DNA of 64,000 bases from Guillardia theta CCMP2712. Lineage: Eukaryota; Protista; Cryptophyta. Positions 36,241 through 48,083 of this stretch are shown here, piece by piece. Where the stretch lies: the NCBI RefSeq assembly GCF_000315625.1, contig NW_005434532.1, positions 33,410 through 97,409 on the forward strand, read 5' to 3'. The position numbers and the translations under genes were made by a program. Under the pieces are notes generated by a model that did not search any database, was not told the origin of the DNA, and worked only from the letters and a program-made list of their open reading frames with translations. How positions within the stretch are numbered: position 1 is the stretch's first letter; every line of letters starts with the position of its first letter.

Positions 36241-39200
36241 TCAGTGCAGGCTCGTCGAGCTCGCAGGGGTTGGCCTGATCCATCCCGAGCTCACCATCGA
36301 GTCGTACACCCTGACAAGGCGCATTAGCGGACCACTACCACCACCACCACCTTCCCTCCTCCTCCTCCTCCTCCTCCTCCTCCTCCTCCTCGCCCCCCTT
36401 CCATCTCTGCCTCCATCTGCACCACCTCTCTCCTCCTCCACTTACTTAAGTCCCTTGCTGGCATCGAGGCCGGGGAATCTCGCAGCCAGCAGTTGCTTCG
36501 CCTTCTCCTTCCTGACGTATCCGCTGCGAACGCCCTGCTGGGCAGTGAGGAGGAGCAACAGAAGCAGAGGCGGGTGACGGAGGAGGAGGATGCGACGAGA
36601 AAGACAGGGAGGGAGCAGGAAGGGAAACAGGAGATGAGACAGGCAGAAGGAGGGGTGTAGGAGAGAAAGGAGAGGTCGGAAGGGGCATGAGGGGGAAGAA
36701 CGATGGGGAGCAGGAGGGGGAAAACTGGTGGAGTAAGAGAGGGAGGGGGAGAGGGAGGGGGAGAGGGAGAGGGAGAGGGAGAGGGAGGGGGAGGGGGTGG
36801 TAGGGGAGGAGGTTCAAACCTCTCGAGTGAAGGCGTCCTTGAGGCCCAGGTATTCGCAGGGGGACATTCTGAGGCTGATACAGAGCTGAAAGAAATGAGA
36901 GGAGAGAGGTTGTTCAGCGATGGAACAGAAAGCCACGGCACAAACCGACGGAAGAAATGGGGGAGGGGAGGGGAGCGGGAGGAGGAGGAGGAGGAGGAGG
37001 AGGAGGAAGGCAAGAAAAAAATAACGAGGAGGATTTAAAGATTTGACCTGCTTCTCGATAAGCGAGAGATAATCAGCGCCAGGCATTTGCTTGATTTCAA
37101 ACGCGCCCAGCTGAGAGATCAGAGAGCCGTCAGAAGATGCAGGACCATGGAAGGGAGCGTTTGGGGGTTAGCGGGTAGATCAAGCAGAGCAGACAGAGGA
37201 GAGGGGGAGGGAAGGAGGAAGGGAAAGAAGGGAGTGTGAGGAGGAGCGGACAAGGAGGGAGAGGTGGAGGAGAAGGTGGTGGCGGTCGTGGAGACAAAAA
37301 CTTGAGCTACCTGCTTCTTATCCTTAGAGGAGCCGAGCAGGAGGGGGCCTGGAGGAGGTCGAGGAGTCACTTTCAACTCCCTGCTTCTCTTCTGCTCCTC
37401 ACCGAGCGACTCGTTGTTCTCCTCGTCGTTGTCGTTCCTCGACCTGCCGCAAATCAATTCCCAAAGTCGTCCTTGTTTCCTCCTCCTCCAGCCTCCTCCT
37501 CCTCCTCCTCCTGCTCCTGCTCCTTCCCCTTGCCCCTCTAGGCCCCATTCCCTCCCCATTCCTTCTCTCCCTCACCTCCGTTGTGAGCCCGTCTTGTGCG
37601 TGGAGTAGATGGTGTCCGACACCTTTCCTCGTTTCCCTTGCTTCTCCTCCTGCCACGATCGCGATCAGAGATATTGCAGCTGTGAGAGGGAAATTGGAGG
37701 ATGAGGCGAGGAAGAGAAGCAAGCGAGGGAGACTAGAGGAGGAGGAGGAAAGGGATAGAGGAGGAATTGGACCTGCTCTTTCTTCTTCTTCTCGTACTCG
37801 TTCACCTCCTCCTCAGTACGCATGCCAAGTTTCCTGTACGACTGCAGGAGCTCGATGTGCTTCCTGATTCGCTTCTCCAGGACCAGCCCCTTCATGTACT
37901 CCTCGTGCTCCTCCTGCGAGGCATCAGAAGGTGTGCGGGAGCAGTGAGGAGGGAAGGAGAAGGAGAGAGGGGAAAGGAGATCAAGAAAGGAGGAAGGGAG
38001 AGGGAGGAAGGGACAAGAGCGACGGAGAGATAGTTGGCGGGGAAGAACGTTGGAGGGAGGAGAGCAGCGGGAGAGAGTGGGCGAGGAAGAGCGGAAGCAG
38101 GGGAGGGAACACCTGGGACCAGAATCGAGCGAACACACGCATTTGAGCATACAGTTCCCTTTCGTCCTTCGTCCTCCTACATTTTTCATCTTCAGCCTCC
38201 CCCGGCAAACGGCATCTTTTCTCACCTCCTCTCTTGGCTCTGATGCTTCTTGAGGTCGAGTAGGCCTCTTTCCCGGGATGTCAGCCGCATCCTCCCCCTC
38301 CCCCCCGCCGCTTCCCCCCCTCCCATCGCCTCCTCCTTTGCTCTCTTCCTCTCCTTCCTCCTGTGCTTTCTTCTTCTCCATCTCCCTCCTCCACCCTCCT
38401 CCCCTGCCCTTACTATCGCTTCCTCTGATCCCTCTGCTCCTCCGGCAACCGAATGCTTCGCACCTTTCCAGGATGAATTTCTTCCTCCTCTCCCTCTCCT
38501 CGAGCTTCCAGTTGTAAATCTCCAGAACCTGGCGAGGAGGCCCGGCGACGTCAGCGGCTTCCAGTCTCTCCCTCGGAGAGTATCAGCGGCACCTTGGTCT
38601 TGATTTCTCTGTCTTGGTCAGTGTCCTGGAAGCAGGAGCATCAATGTGGAGCGAGTGAGAGGCTGAAGGCACCTTCTTGTCATCAAAAACACAATCGCAG
38701 ATCAGCATCTCTGCAGAGGTTTGAAGTCATCCAAAGAGAAATCGTGAGACATACGACAAGCTCCTCCTCCTCCTCCTCCTCCCACCTGCATCATTGTCCC
38801 ACTCCACGTCGAAGTCGTTTCTCGACGGCATGTAGCTGCAAGGCGGCACCTTCAGCAGACAACGAGCAACTTAGATCCTCGGAGTCACCCGACTATGTCC
38901 GATCCAGCAGGTTTCCCCTCGTAGTATCGGATGCTTTCTCTCGTGATGTTCTTCGTCTCTGACAACGGCTGTCACGTCTTTTTTTTTTCCTCCCTCCTAC
39001 ACGGCGCAAGAGGCTCACCAAGCATCGCCTTCTTCCACTCCGACTTTGTGAACTTCCCCGGGATCTGAAGGACGAGGGTGAGCAGGAAAGAGGAGAAAAG
39101 CCATGGAAAGGAGCAGGAGGGACGGAAGGGAGTGATGAGGCGATGCAGAAGGAAAGGAGAGAAGGAAAGGGGGAGAGAGGAGAAAACAGGAACAGAGCAG

Positions 39201-40121
39201 AGGGAGCAAGAGGGGCAACAACATTGAATCACCTTCCCAGCACCTGCTACGGCTGCTTCTATGCACTCGCTGTAATCATCTTTGGACGGCTTTGCGTTGA
39301 ATCTGCAGGCACAGGAAGGTAAGAACAGCACACCTTGCGCTGTCCCAACGACTCACTTGGTCTTGCTGATAGCACGGGACACATCGGGGACAGGAATGCC
39401 GCTCCCGGTGTTGATGTAGTTGGCGTAGTAATGGAACTCACACTCAATCTTCTTCTTAGTCCCCACCACAAGCGCAACCTCTGCCCAGTTGCCAAGACCT
39501 ACACCAGCCATGAGCATATACCAACTCCCCCTCTCCCTCTCCCTCCCTCTCTTCTCCTCCAACATCCCCCTCCCTTGCCCCCACCCCACCCCTTCATCTC
39601 TGTACCACTTTCCCGTCCCTCTCTTGCCCATCCTCAAGATCTCAAAACTCACCGTAGGTCTCGATTCCTTCCAGCAACGCCACCTCCTCCCTCGCCGTCC
39701 AGTCCTCCGTGATGAGCGGGAAGTCCAGCCGCTCCATGACCCGGTAGGGGTGATCGTTCCTGTGCGGGTTCTTGCCGTCCGTCTTCTCCACGTCGTTAAT
39801 CTCCACCCCGACCGAGAAGCATTCCATGCACAGATCCACGTCGTCCGACACCGCCGACTTGATGTACATCTGATCCTGCCACCAAACGGGTGTGAAAACT
39901 CGCCCCAGGGAGACAGAGGCATGCGGCAACAACCGAGACGTCTCGTTTGCAGTAGTTGCAGTGCACTCTCCCCAGCTTCGCCTGCATCTTCCGTTTCTGC
40001 TCTTCCTCCGCAATCTGAGCGCTCGCTGCCTGCATTTCAACTCTATCAGCCCATGGACTACAGATCCGAACAGACTCACCTCCCCACGCGTCTCAATCTT
40101 CCGTTTCCTGCTGCTGTCCAT
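36241..40121 (-). CDS. ADA2: Transcriptional adaptor ADA2 (ZZ, SANT, SWIRM), multi-exon
   Basis: HCNYCKRD..DLCMECFSVGVE..HRNDHPYRVM; DWTAREEVALLEGIETY|GLGNWAEVA; YMPSRNDFDVEWDNDA; MRVFARF; C-terminal VRVYDSMVSSGWI. Confidence 0.95.
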
Positions 40122-40439
40122 TTTACCCAGCCAACGACAGACAAGGCACCACAAGGAACCACAAGGATCTGAGCAGGCGGCTGGACCCGCTGGCCTGCCA
40201 TCAAGAGCTCGCCCGTCAACACACCAGCAATGAAGCTTACAAGGGCTTTCCGAAGAGTCTCTTCCCCTTCCTACCCAATAGGCAAGAGCATCCTTTGCCT
40301 CTGGACCTCTTCCCGTTACCTCCTCGTCTAAACCCTGTGCATATCATCCTGGATGTTAACCCCTTACCCTTCCCCTTCTTTCCCTCCCCCTCCCCCTCCC
40401 CCTCCTCCCCTTCCCTCTCGCTTCCAGCCATATCCTTCT

Positions 40440-41030
40440 GCCAGCTTCCAGCCAGCCGCGAAATGTTGAAGGTAACGGTTTGTAACCATCGATCACCAAT
40501 CTCCGTGAGGCAAGCCCGGAATTTATGTGCGTAAGTAAAATAATCACTCAAGGCCTTATATGCGCCGTGACCAACATGCGGTTGTTGAGCTCTTTACTAC
40601 AGGTTATATCGATACCGATCGTCATCTCCCGGTACAGAATGTTTTACTCACCGTCATCAATTGAAAGTACAGGTATCAAGTAGTGCCCATTCAACGTATA
40701 GGTCAGATTGGGGATGAGGGGTACAGAACTTTCAAGCTATGTGAATTTTTCTCCAACACAGATGAAATCACAGGCAGGATATTCGATTTCGAGTGAAGTG
40801 ACCAAAGGTAGATGATTTGTTGCGAGGACGAAATGGAATGGTTTCAGTGTTGGTTCCATGAAACGCCTTATCTCCCTTATCTTTTCCAATGGTCGTAGGG
40901 GCGCGAAAATACGTCTTTTGAGCTCTTCTGGAAGGAATCGAACGGACAACCCCTTGGAGCCTACGTGAGCAGGTAACGTCTTCATTGGAGGGACGTGATC
41001 GGAGTTTCACTCTTGGACTCGAAAAGACAT
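40440..41030 (-). pseudogene. Degraded intronless, lower-GC ORF (possible viral/mobile relic)
   Basis: One frame reads MSFRVQE*NSDHVPPMKT..FLPEELKRRIFAPL..GEKFT*LESSVPLIPNLTYTLNGHYLIPVLSIDDGE*NILYREMTIGID.., followed by an apparent frameshift into SDYFTYAHKFRACLTEIGDRW. Confidence 0.4.
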
Positions 41031-42099
41031 ATTTTCAGTGACTCGGAAGAGACTGGTCACCGCTGGACTTCCCCGAAAAAAAGAATCGGCCCCCAAAGTA
41101 TGTCTTTTCGTTGCCACCTCTCACATGATATTTACAGTATCATGCTATGAAATACAGAAACCAGAGAATTTCAAAACTGGATATAGAATTTGGTGATTAT
41201 ATCAAAAACTACAATGGTTGGACCCCCACTGGTAGCGTCACTTTCTCGCTGTTTTCACCTACGCCTCCTCGCCGACCACCCATCTCCATAGTTCCCGGCA
41301 CACCCCTATCCCCATACTAAAATACCACCCCTGCTCCTCCGCAAGACCTAGGGGATTATAAAAATGTTTGTCCGAGGAGGGGAAGGGTGGTGGGGGAGGG
41401 AGGGGTAGGAGGGTGGGTAGGTGGAGGGATGGCGAATGCGTTTACCCCTTCCGATTACGGACCACCCCTTTCACTCTTGTCTACCCCTCCCTTTACCCAG
41501 AATACAACCCCACCCATCGTAATCTCGACAGGACGTCTCCGGATTTTATTGGTGGACCCCTTCCCTAGCTGTACCCCTGCATCTTTCAACATCCACCCCA
41601 CCCTTCTAATCCATTCCCTTTTTTACCCCCACCCTCTTGAAAGTTTCCTCTTTGTCTACCCCTACCCCCATTTAAGTATCGATATGTTCTTTTCACCCGG
41701 TTCAAACACCATGTTTGAACCCACTGGTCTGTTTACAGTCCTTCAACCCTTCCATCACTACCCAACCCATGTACCCTCATGTTTTCTGTACCCACCCTAC
41801 TCTTTGACTGCAATTATGACCCTACCCCAGGGTACCAGCATACCTTGCTACCACCCCACCCGGGCCTTCACGCTTTCCCAAAACCCCTGTTGTTTCCTTG
41901 CCCCCCTTGTTATCTTCACGCATCAAATTCTGTGTGTTCGTGTCTCCTGCCGCTCCGCTCTCCGTCGCTCTCCCCCTCCCCATCCATCCCTCTTCTTCCT
42001 CGATCCCAGCGACCCTCTCCACTTCTTGCAGTACTCACAGTCTCCCTCTAAATCCCTTCAGCATCTTTCCTCAGCAGTCCCGCCTCCTTCCATCTTGAT

Positions 42100-42939
42100 A
42101 TGCAAGCGGATCTAGGGAAGAATGATCTCTCTTCCGACAAGCTCTTTCCTCTGTGCCAGAGCTCCCTCTACGGGTCTTTGGTCAACAGCATTGAAGAGAA
42201 CCTCAAGCGAAAGATGCTGACTGAAGCGATCTCATCTCAGATTTTGGGGAAGCTGTTCAGAGGCGAAGACACCCAGCTTCTGCAGGCCATCGCAATATCT
42301 CCTCCTCTCTCTCTTCTGAATTCTAGAATTGCTAGACCCAGCCCCCTGTCATTGGATGAATTGCACAATGGAGCGCATTCTGCCCCTTGCACAGCACCTC
42401 CGTCAGCACGGTCCTGCTCTTCGCATACGAGCAAGCGATCTTGGTTTGACTCGGCTCAGTCGGACACCCGCAGTGGAAAGAAGCCGAGGAAAGACGACAT
42501 GGCCAGTGAGCCGTCCTCGCCCTACAGCATCGACAGCATCCTCAGCCCGCACAGCGTGAGCTCCAACGATTCCGAGAGAAGCTTCTCGTCGCGAGGATGG
42601 CAGGCCACGAGCAGCAGCCACAAGTTGCAGCGCAGTGAGAGGTTTGTGCATGATGTGATGGTACAAGTGTCGCTGACCCACTCTCTCCTTCTCAGTTCTT
42701 CCAGCTCGGAATCGTTTGCTGCGGTGCTCATGAGAAGAAAGCACATGGAAGGAGCCGGTCACCACGATGTTTATGACAAGTACGCCGCCTCCATCGAGGC
42801 GAAGAACAGCGCTAGCAATGCTTCATCGCCTTGCGAAGTATCCACCAAGTCCTTGCGGAGGATGAGGAAACGGGCCTTGACCATCATCAAGGACAACTGG
42901 GTGAGCCAGCTCGAGCAATGTGGGGTTGCTCTTGGTTGA
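42100..42939 (+). CDS. Hypothetical Ser-rich protein (intronless ORF)
   Basis: 279-aa ORF with coding-like GC3 bias, followed by a T-rich 3' region. Basic helical C-terminus LRRMRKRALTIIKDNW. Confidence 0.65.
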   Translation: MQADLGKNDLSSDKLFPLCQSSLYGSLVNSIEENLKRKMLTEAISSQILGKLFRGEDTQLLQAIAISPPLSLLNSRIARPSPLSLDELHNGAHSAPCTAPPSARSCSSHTSKRSWFDSAQSDTRSGKKPRKDDMASEPSSPYSIDSILSPHSVSSNDSERSFSSRGWQATSSSHKLQRSERFVHDVMVQVSLTHSLLLSSSSSESFAAVLMRRKHMEGAGHHDVYDKYAASIEAKNSASNASSPCEVSTKSLRRMRKRALTIIKDNWVSQLEQCGVALG

Positions 42940-43475
42940 CGAGGTAACGGCAGGTTCCGCGAGACATGACGTGGAGAACTAAGGGTATCGCGCTGAATCT
43001 CAAGAGTGCAGCGTCACCTGAAAAGAGCGACTGATTGTTTCCTCGTGCCTCGTGTATTTTTTCGTAGTAGTTGTTTTTGCATCCTTGCCCGATTCACTGC
43101 TTCGCTTGATTTGTTGTTAGTTTTTGAGTTTGTTGTTTGTTTTTTCGATGTTGATGCTATCGATCCGGTTGTGATCGAGAGCTGACAAATCATTGGTTGC
43201 CATCGTGTACTATATGGCTCTATATGTTGAGAAGCCGACTGTAGATTACAATGAACATACCGTGAAAGTAATTCAAAATACCATGTGGACGTATTGTAAT
43301 TGCAATCACAGCTACAACCTTGCAGTTTTCGTTTTCTACTGTTTCAATTTTCGTTTACTGTAGTCCTCAAGGACAAATATTCGTACACACATCTCCTTTC
43401 CCCGTCCTTCCTGCATCTCCTTTCCCTGTCCTTCCTCCGCCCCGCATACACCCTCCCTCCGCTTCCCGAACACCC

Positions 43476-46033
43476 TCAGGGCATCCAACAACTAAGCTGC
43501 CCTGAGCTCACTTGCAGCGTCATGGCGCTGTAGCTCATCGCAAGCTGCTTGTCTTGGTGCATGCTGGGTAGCGCTGAACGGCAGCGATCGGAAGCTGCCG
43601 CGAGCTCCCCGTCTATGCACACGATGCCTTTGTCGCATGCCGGTTCCCAGAGCATTTCCCGCACCTTGTGTTCAAGTGAGAGAGGACGCAGGTACGGCAG
43701 GACACACCTTGTAGTACTCGACGTACTCGTGCCGGAGATGCTTGCCTGTGATTTGAATAAGGGTGTGGAGAGGTGGGGGAGTGAGAAAGGTTGGAGGCAG
43801 GATGGAGGCAACGCAAGGTAAGGTAAGGAGGGGGGGTTACCGCTTTCAACCTCGAGGAAGATCTGAATCATCTGTAGACGAGACACGCGGCTTCTTATGA
43901 CTACAACGTCAAAACTTCCGTCGTTCTGACTTGCCTTGGGTGCTACCTGAGACTTGATCAGGATAGTTGGCAGACAGGCCGGGAGGAGCAACAAAAAGAG
44001 GAGCAACAAAGGGTAGTGGCTTAAGGGGTGGGGGAGAGGGAGGTAACAAGGGGAATGGGAGAGGAGGAGATAACAAACAAGAAAGGAAGAGGAGGAAGAG
44101 GGAGAAGAGGGGGGGGGGGGGCAACGGGGAGACCTGCAAGTCGGAAGCAGCATACGGCACGTTCATAGCCCAGATGAGGAGGAAGCGATCGGATATCGTG
44201 ACCCACTCTTGAGAGGAGGAGTTGACGTCGGACGGTGCGAGCCTGAGCTTGAGAGTTCCGTTGTACACGCGGCGGCGAAAGATGTTGACAACACCTTGTA
44301 ACGTCGCTCGGATGGGACCTAGCAACCCGATCAAGGCGAGCAGGTGCATGTAAGACGAGAGGGATTGGGATGATGGTTGTTGGTAGGGAGCAAGAGAAGG
44401 AGGATGGTCAAGACATGAGCGAGACAAGTGCAAAAAGGAGCGGATGCGCAGAGGAGGGATGAGAGGAGTTTGCGTTACGAGATGGAGGAGTTCGGTATGA
44501 AGAGGGTGAGACGAGTGAGTGTTAGAGGGGAGGGTGGATGCAGGAGGGGAGGAGCAGGGCAAGGGGAGGGAGAGGAATGAGAAAGGATAACTACCGCAGC
44601 AGCATCGGAGGGCGTCTGCCTCTATGTCGCTATCGCTGACAAGGCCCCATGCCCATGATAGGACACTCCTTGAGATTGTATGTTACTTCTCCTCCTCCCT
44701 CCTCCCTCCTCCCTCTCTCCTCCTCCCTCCTCCCTCTCTCCTTCCCTTCGCCCTCTTTTCCCTTCCCCCTCCCAGAACAAACCTTCCTCTACTCAACAGT
44801 TCAGCGCAAGCTTGTACCTGTACTTGACGATGCCGTCCTGGATGACTAGACCAACATCGAGCGGACTCGGCTGGCAAGACAGGACGCGTCAACAACATTC
44901 CCCTCCCCCAGCAGAGCAAGCTGCTACCCTGCATCTCAGGATCGCGAGCATGGCCGAGAGAGGGTCGTGATGGTCCCCGGCGGTGCTGAGAAGTGACTTG
45001 ACCAGCCCGTTGCCGGTTCCTGCTGGTACGACCCCTGAGGCAGCGCGTCATCGACACGATTGAGGAGGAGGAGCAGCACCGATGGGTACCCGGGCTGCCT
45101 GGTTGGAGTCCGGGCGGGCAAGCAACCCCTGAACCATCTCGGAGACGAGGCCGTCCCCGCCGACGAGGATGATGCCATCGTAGTCGGCAAGGACAAGCGC
45201 TGCCGCTACCTCCCTCGCATGCCCTTAAAACGACACGTCAGCAGGGCACTATACACGTACAGTTGCACGTTGGTTGGCAGCCTACCTGCATGGGTGGTGA
45301 AGACGGCCTCGAAGCGAGAAGTGCTCTGCAACAGCAAGGGCTTGACCACCTCGTTGAAGATCTCTCCTCCCTTCTTCTGTCCGCCGAAGGGGTTGACGAG
45401 GACCATGTACCGCATGCCGTCCCTCCTGCTCCAGATAGTCTTCCAGTTGTGCATGATGTTGAGGTAATGCTGGTTTCGATCCGAGAAGAAGAGGTCGTGT
45501 CGCCTGTAGTTCCGCTGTCTTGATCCGCTACATCCTGCCGTCTTGTAGGGGTAAGCATGCACATGAATGGTAGACGACTGGCCCTCCTGTATCCCCGACA
45601 CATCGTCTGCTGAAAGGAACAGGTCCTGTATGTACATCCCTGTCGCATTCACCCGCACATTCTGCTGCACCCCCTGGTAGGATGCCTGCGGTTGTGCGTC
45701 AGGCCAGCAGGAATGGCTCGTATCCTACCGTTGCGGTGATCTCTGGGATGTTGGAGAGAAGGTCGCCCCCTACCAGCGGTGTCGACATGCTGCTTGACGT
45801 GCTGCTCGGTGCCTGCCTGGAGGGAACACTCATCCTGCAGCTGGTCTCCTGTTGGGACAATCTAGCTCAGGAGATGAATTCACAATGCCCCACCCCAACA
45901 AGTTCCTCTGAATCGCTTCACGCCGCCTCCTACACCACCTAGTGGACTAGCACAGATCTAGTCACACAATCAACACACGTGTTCGAGTGCCCATTGAGCC
46001 CTCGGACTTCGCCCTCGCTCGTCTCAGCTCCAT
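43476..46033 (-). CDS. Sphingosine/ceramide kinase-like (DAGKc domain), multi-exon; start uncertain
   Basis: VLVNPFGGQKKG..F..VVKPLL; TTHA; IILVGGDGLVSEMVQGL; GVVPAGTGNGL; APKASQNDGSFDVVVIR; IVCIDGEL. Confidence 0.9.
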
Positions 46034-46154
46034 CTGCTCTGCCCAGGCTCCTCCTCCCCCTCCCTTGTAGCTGGAGTGAACTGACACTGAGGATCTGACC
46101 TACATCAACGCCACAGGTGACATCAAACACATCTGTGATCTTTCGGCCCTCTCC

Positions 46155-46510
46155 CTCCTGCTCCTCCTGCTCCTCCTGCTCCTCCTGCTCCTCCTGCTCC
46201 TTCTGCTCCTCCTGCTCCTCCTGCTCCTCCTGCTCCTCCTGCTCCTCCTGCTCCTCCTGCTCCTCCTGCTCCTCCTGCTCCTCCTGCTCCTCCTGCTCCT
46301 CATGCTCCTCCTCCTCCTCCTGCTCCTCCTGCTCCTCCTGCTCCTCCTGCTCCTCCTCCTCCTGCTCCTCCTGCTCCTCCTGCTCCTCCTGCTCCTCCTG
46401 CTCCTCCTGCTCCTCCTGCTCCTCCTGCTCCTCCTGCTCCTCCTGCTCCTCCTGCTCCTCCTGCTCCTCCTCCTCCTGCTCCTCCTGCTCCTCCTGCTCC
46501 TCCTGCTCCC
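46155..46510. repeat. (TCCTGCTCC)n 9-mer satellite
   Basis: Read directly; it generates the EQE/SSC/RRS/poly-L ORFs in the track. Confidence 0.95.
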
Positions 46511-46620
46511 TCCTATGGTCGCAAGCGTGGCTCCGAAAAACGTAGTGCAAAACTCGGTGGAACAACCGCCAGTAACGGGTATGAACTTTCGGTAACGTGT
46601 GTAACGGAAGTACACGCGGC

Positions 46621-48036
46621 ATGGCGGCGGCGGGGAAGGGGAAGGGAACGCCGACGAAGGGAATGGGCGGGAGTCCTTTCCTATCCATCAGGAACAAGCA
46701 GATAGGTGCGAACATGTTCGACATGCTTGCGATGAGAGATGAGGGGAGGAGAAGGGAGGAGACTGAGATGAAGATGGGGATGGAAGAGCTGTGCTGGGAG
46801 GAGGCGATCCTGTGTGTGAGAGAGGAGGGAAGCTGTGGTGAAGTAGAGGGCAAGTACTGAGGACTGAGGATGAGACGATGAGGAGCAGATGAGCTGGCTG
46901 TGGAGATGTTTGTTGTTGTACATTTGCTCTTGTGCTAGCTATGATAGAAGCCCTCTGACATGAAGAAGCTTGACCGAAATCAAGTAATGTTGACTGCAGA
47001 CTGCTTCGAGAGAATGCTAAATTTCAACAACCCAGTCGACAGCAAGACAAGCTGGCAGGTGCGTCCTCTTGATCCATCCTCGTCCCTCCTGTCTTCTCCG
47101 CTTCCTCCTGTCTCCCCGTTGTTGGTTCGGCTCCTACACAGGGCAAGGATGAACCCTTCGTAGGAGAACTGGAAGATATTGATATACGACAACCTATCGC
47201 GGGACATGGTCTCAACTCTCTTCAAGGTGCTCAGCGCCATAGCAGCGCTGCCATGTGCGAGCTGAGCGCCTGCCAGGTCGCGGATCTCCGCCGGCATGGG
47301 GTGACCCTCCATCTCAACCTTCATGCGGACCGTCAGCCGGTGCAGGTAGCCCATGGCGCAGGCGGCAATGGGGGGAACGGGTGATGGAGCCTCAAGCAGG
47401 ATGCGGCAGCGATCTACCTCGTCGAGCCCAGCATCGAGAACATCCAGCGCATCGCCCGCGACTGCTCGAGCGGCCTCTACGACAGGTGGAGGAAGGGAGA
47501 GGGGGGAGGCTCCCTGACCCTGCCATCAGCATGTACCTGAACTGGAGCTCCACCATCTCGCAGGACTCGCTGCACAGTCTGGCATGCTCTGTGTCGCAGA
47601 CAGACTCGTTCCATCGCATCGTCAAGGTACTGTGCTCGCCCCCCTCTCCGCTCCCTCCCCCTCCCCCGGTTGATGTGGAAGCGTTCAGGTAGTGGATCAG
47701 TACGTTAACTTCGTGTCTCTGGGGCACAACCTCTTCACGTTGGGGATGCACAACTCCTACATGGCGCTCAACGACCCAGAGGTACGAGACCCGTTGCTGC
47801 CTCGCCATCTCAGTCTCCGCTAGGTCCGAGACTCCGATATGGAGAGAACGATCGGCAGCATCGTGAACTCTCTCTTCTCCGTCATGGTAGGACGTCTCTT
47901 GATCCATTCACGCCCTCTCCTCTTCTTCTCTTCTACTCCTTCCTCCTACTCAACCACCACCACCACCACCACCACCGCTACCTCACCTTCCTTCTCCTTC
48001 CTCGCTGCCTCCTCCTCCTCCTCCTCCTCCTCCTCC

Positions 48037-48083
<47 letters not shown>

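Noticed and set aside
45939-46853. EQE-repeat acidic protein
   Set aside because: It is produced by a 9-mer satellite and overlaps SLY1 exon 1 in antisense.
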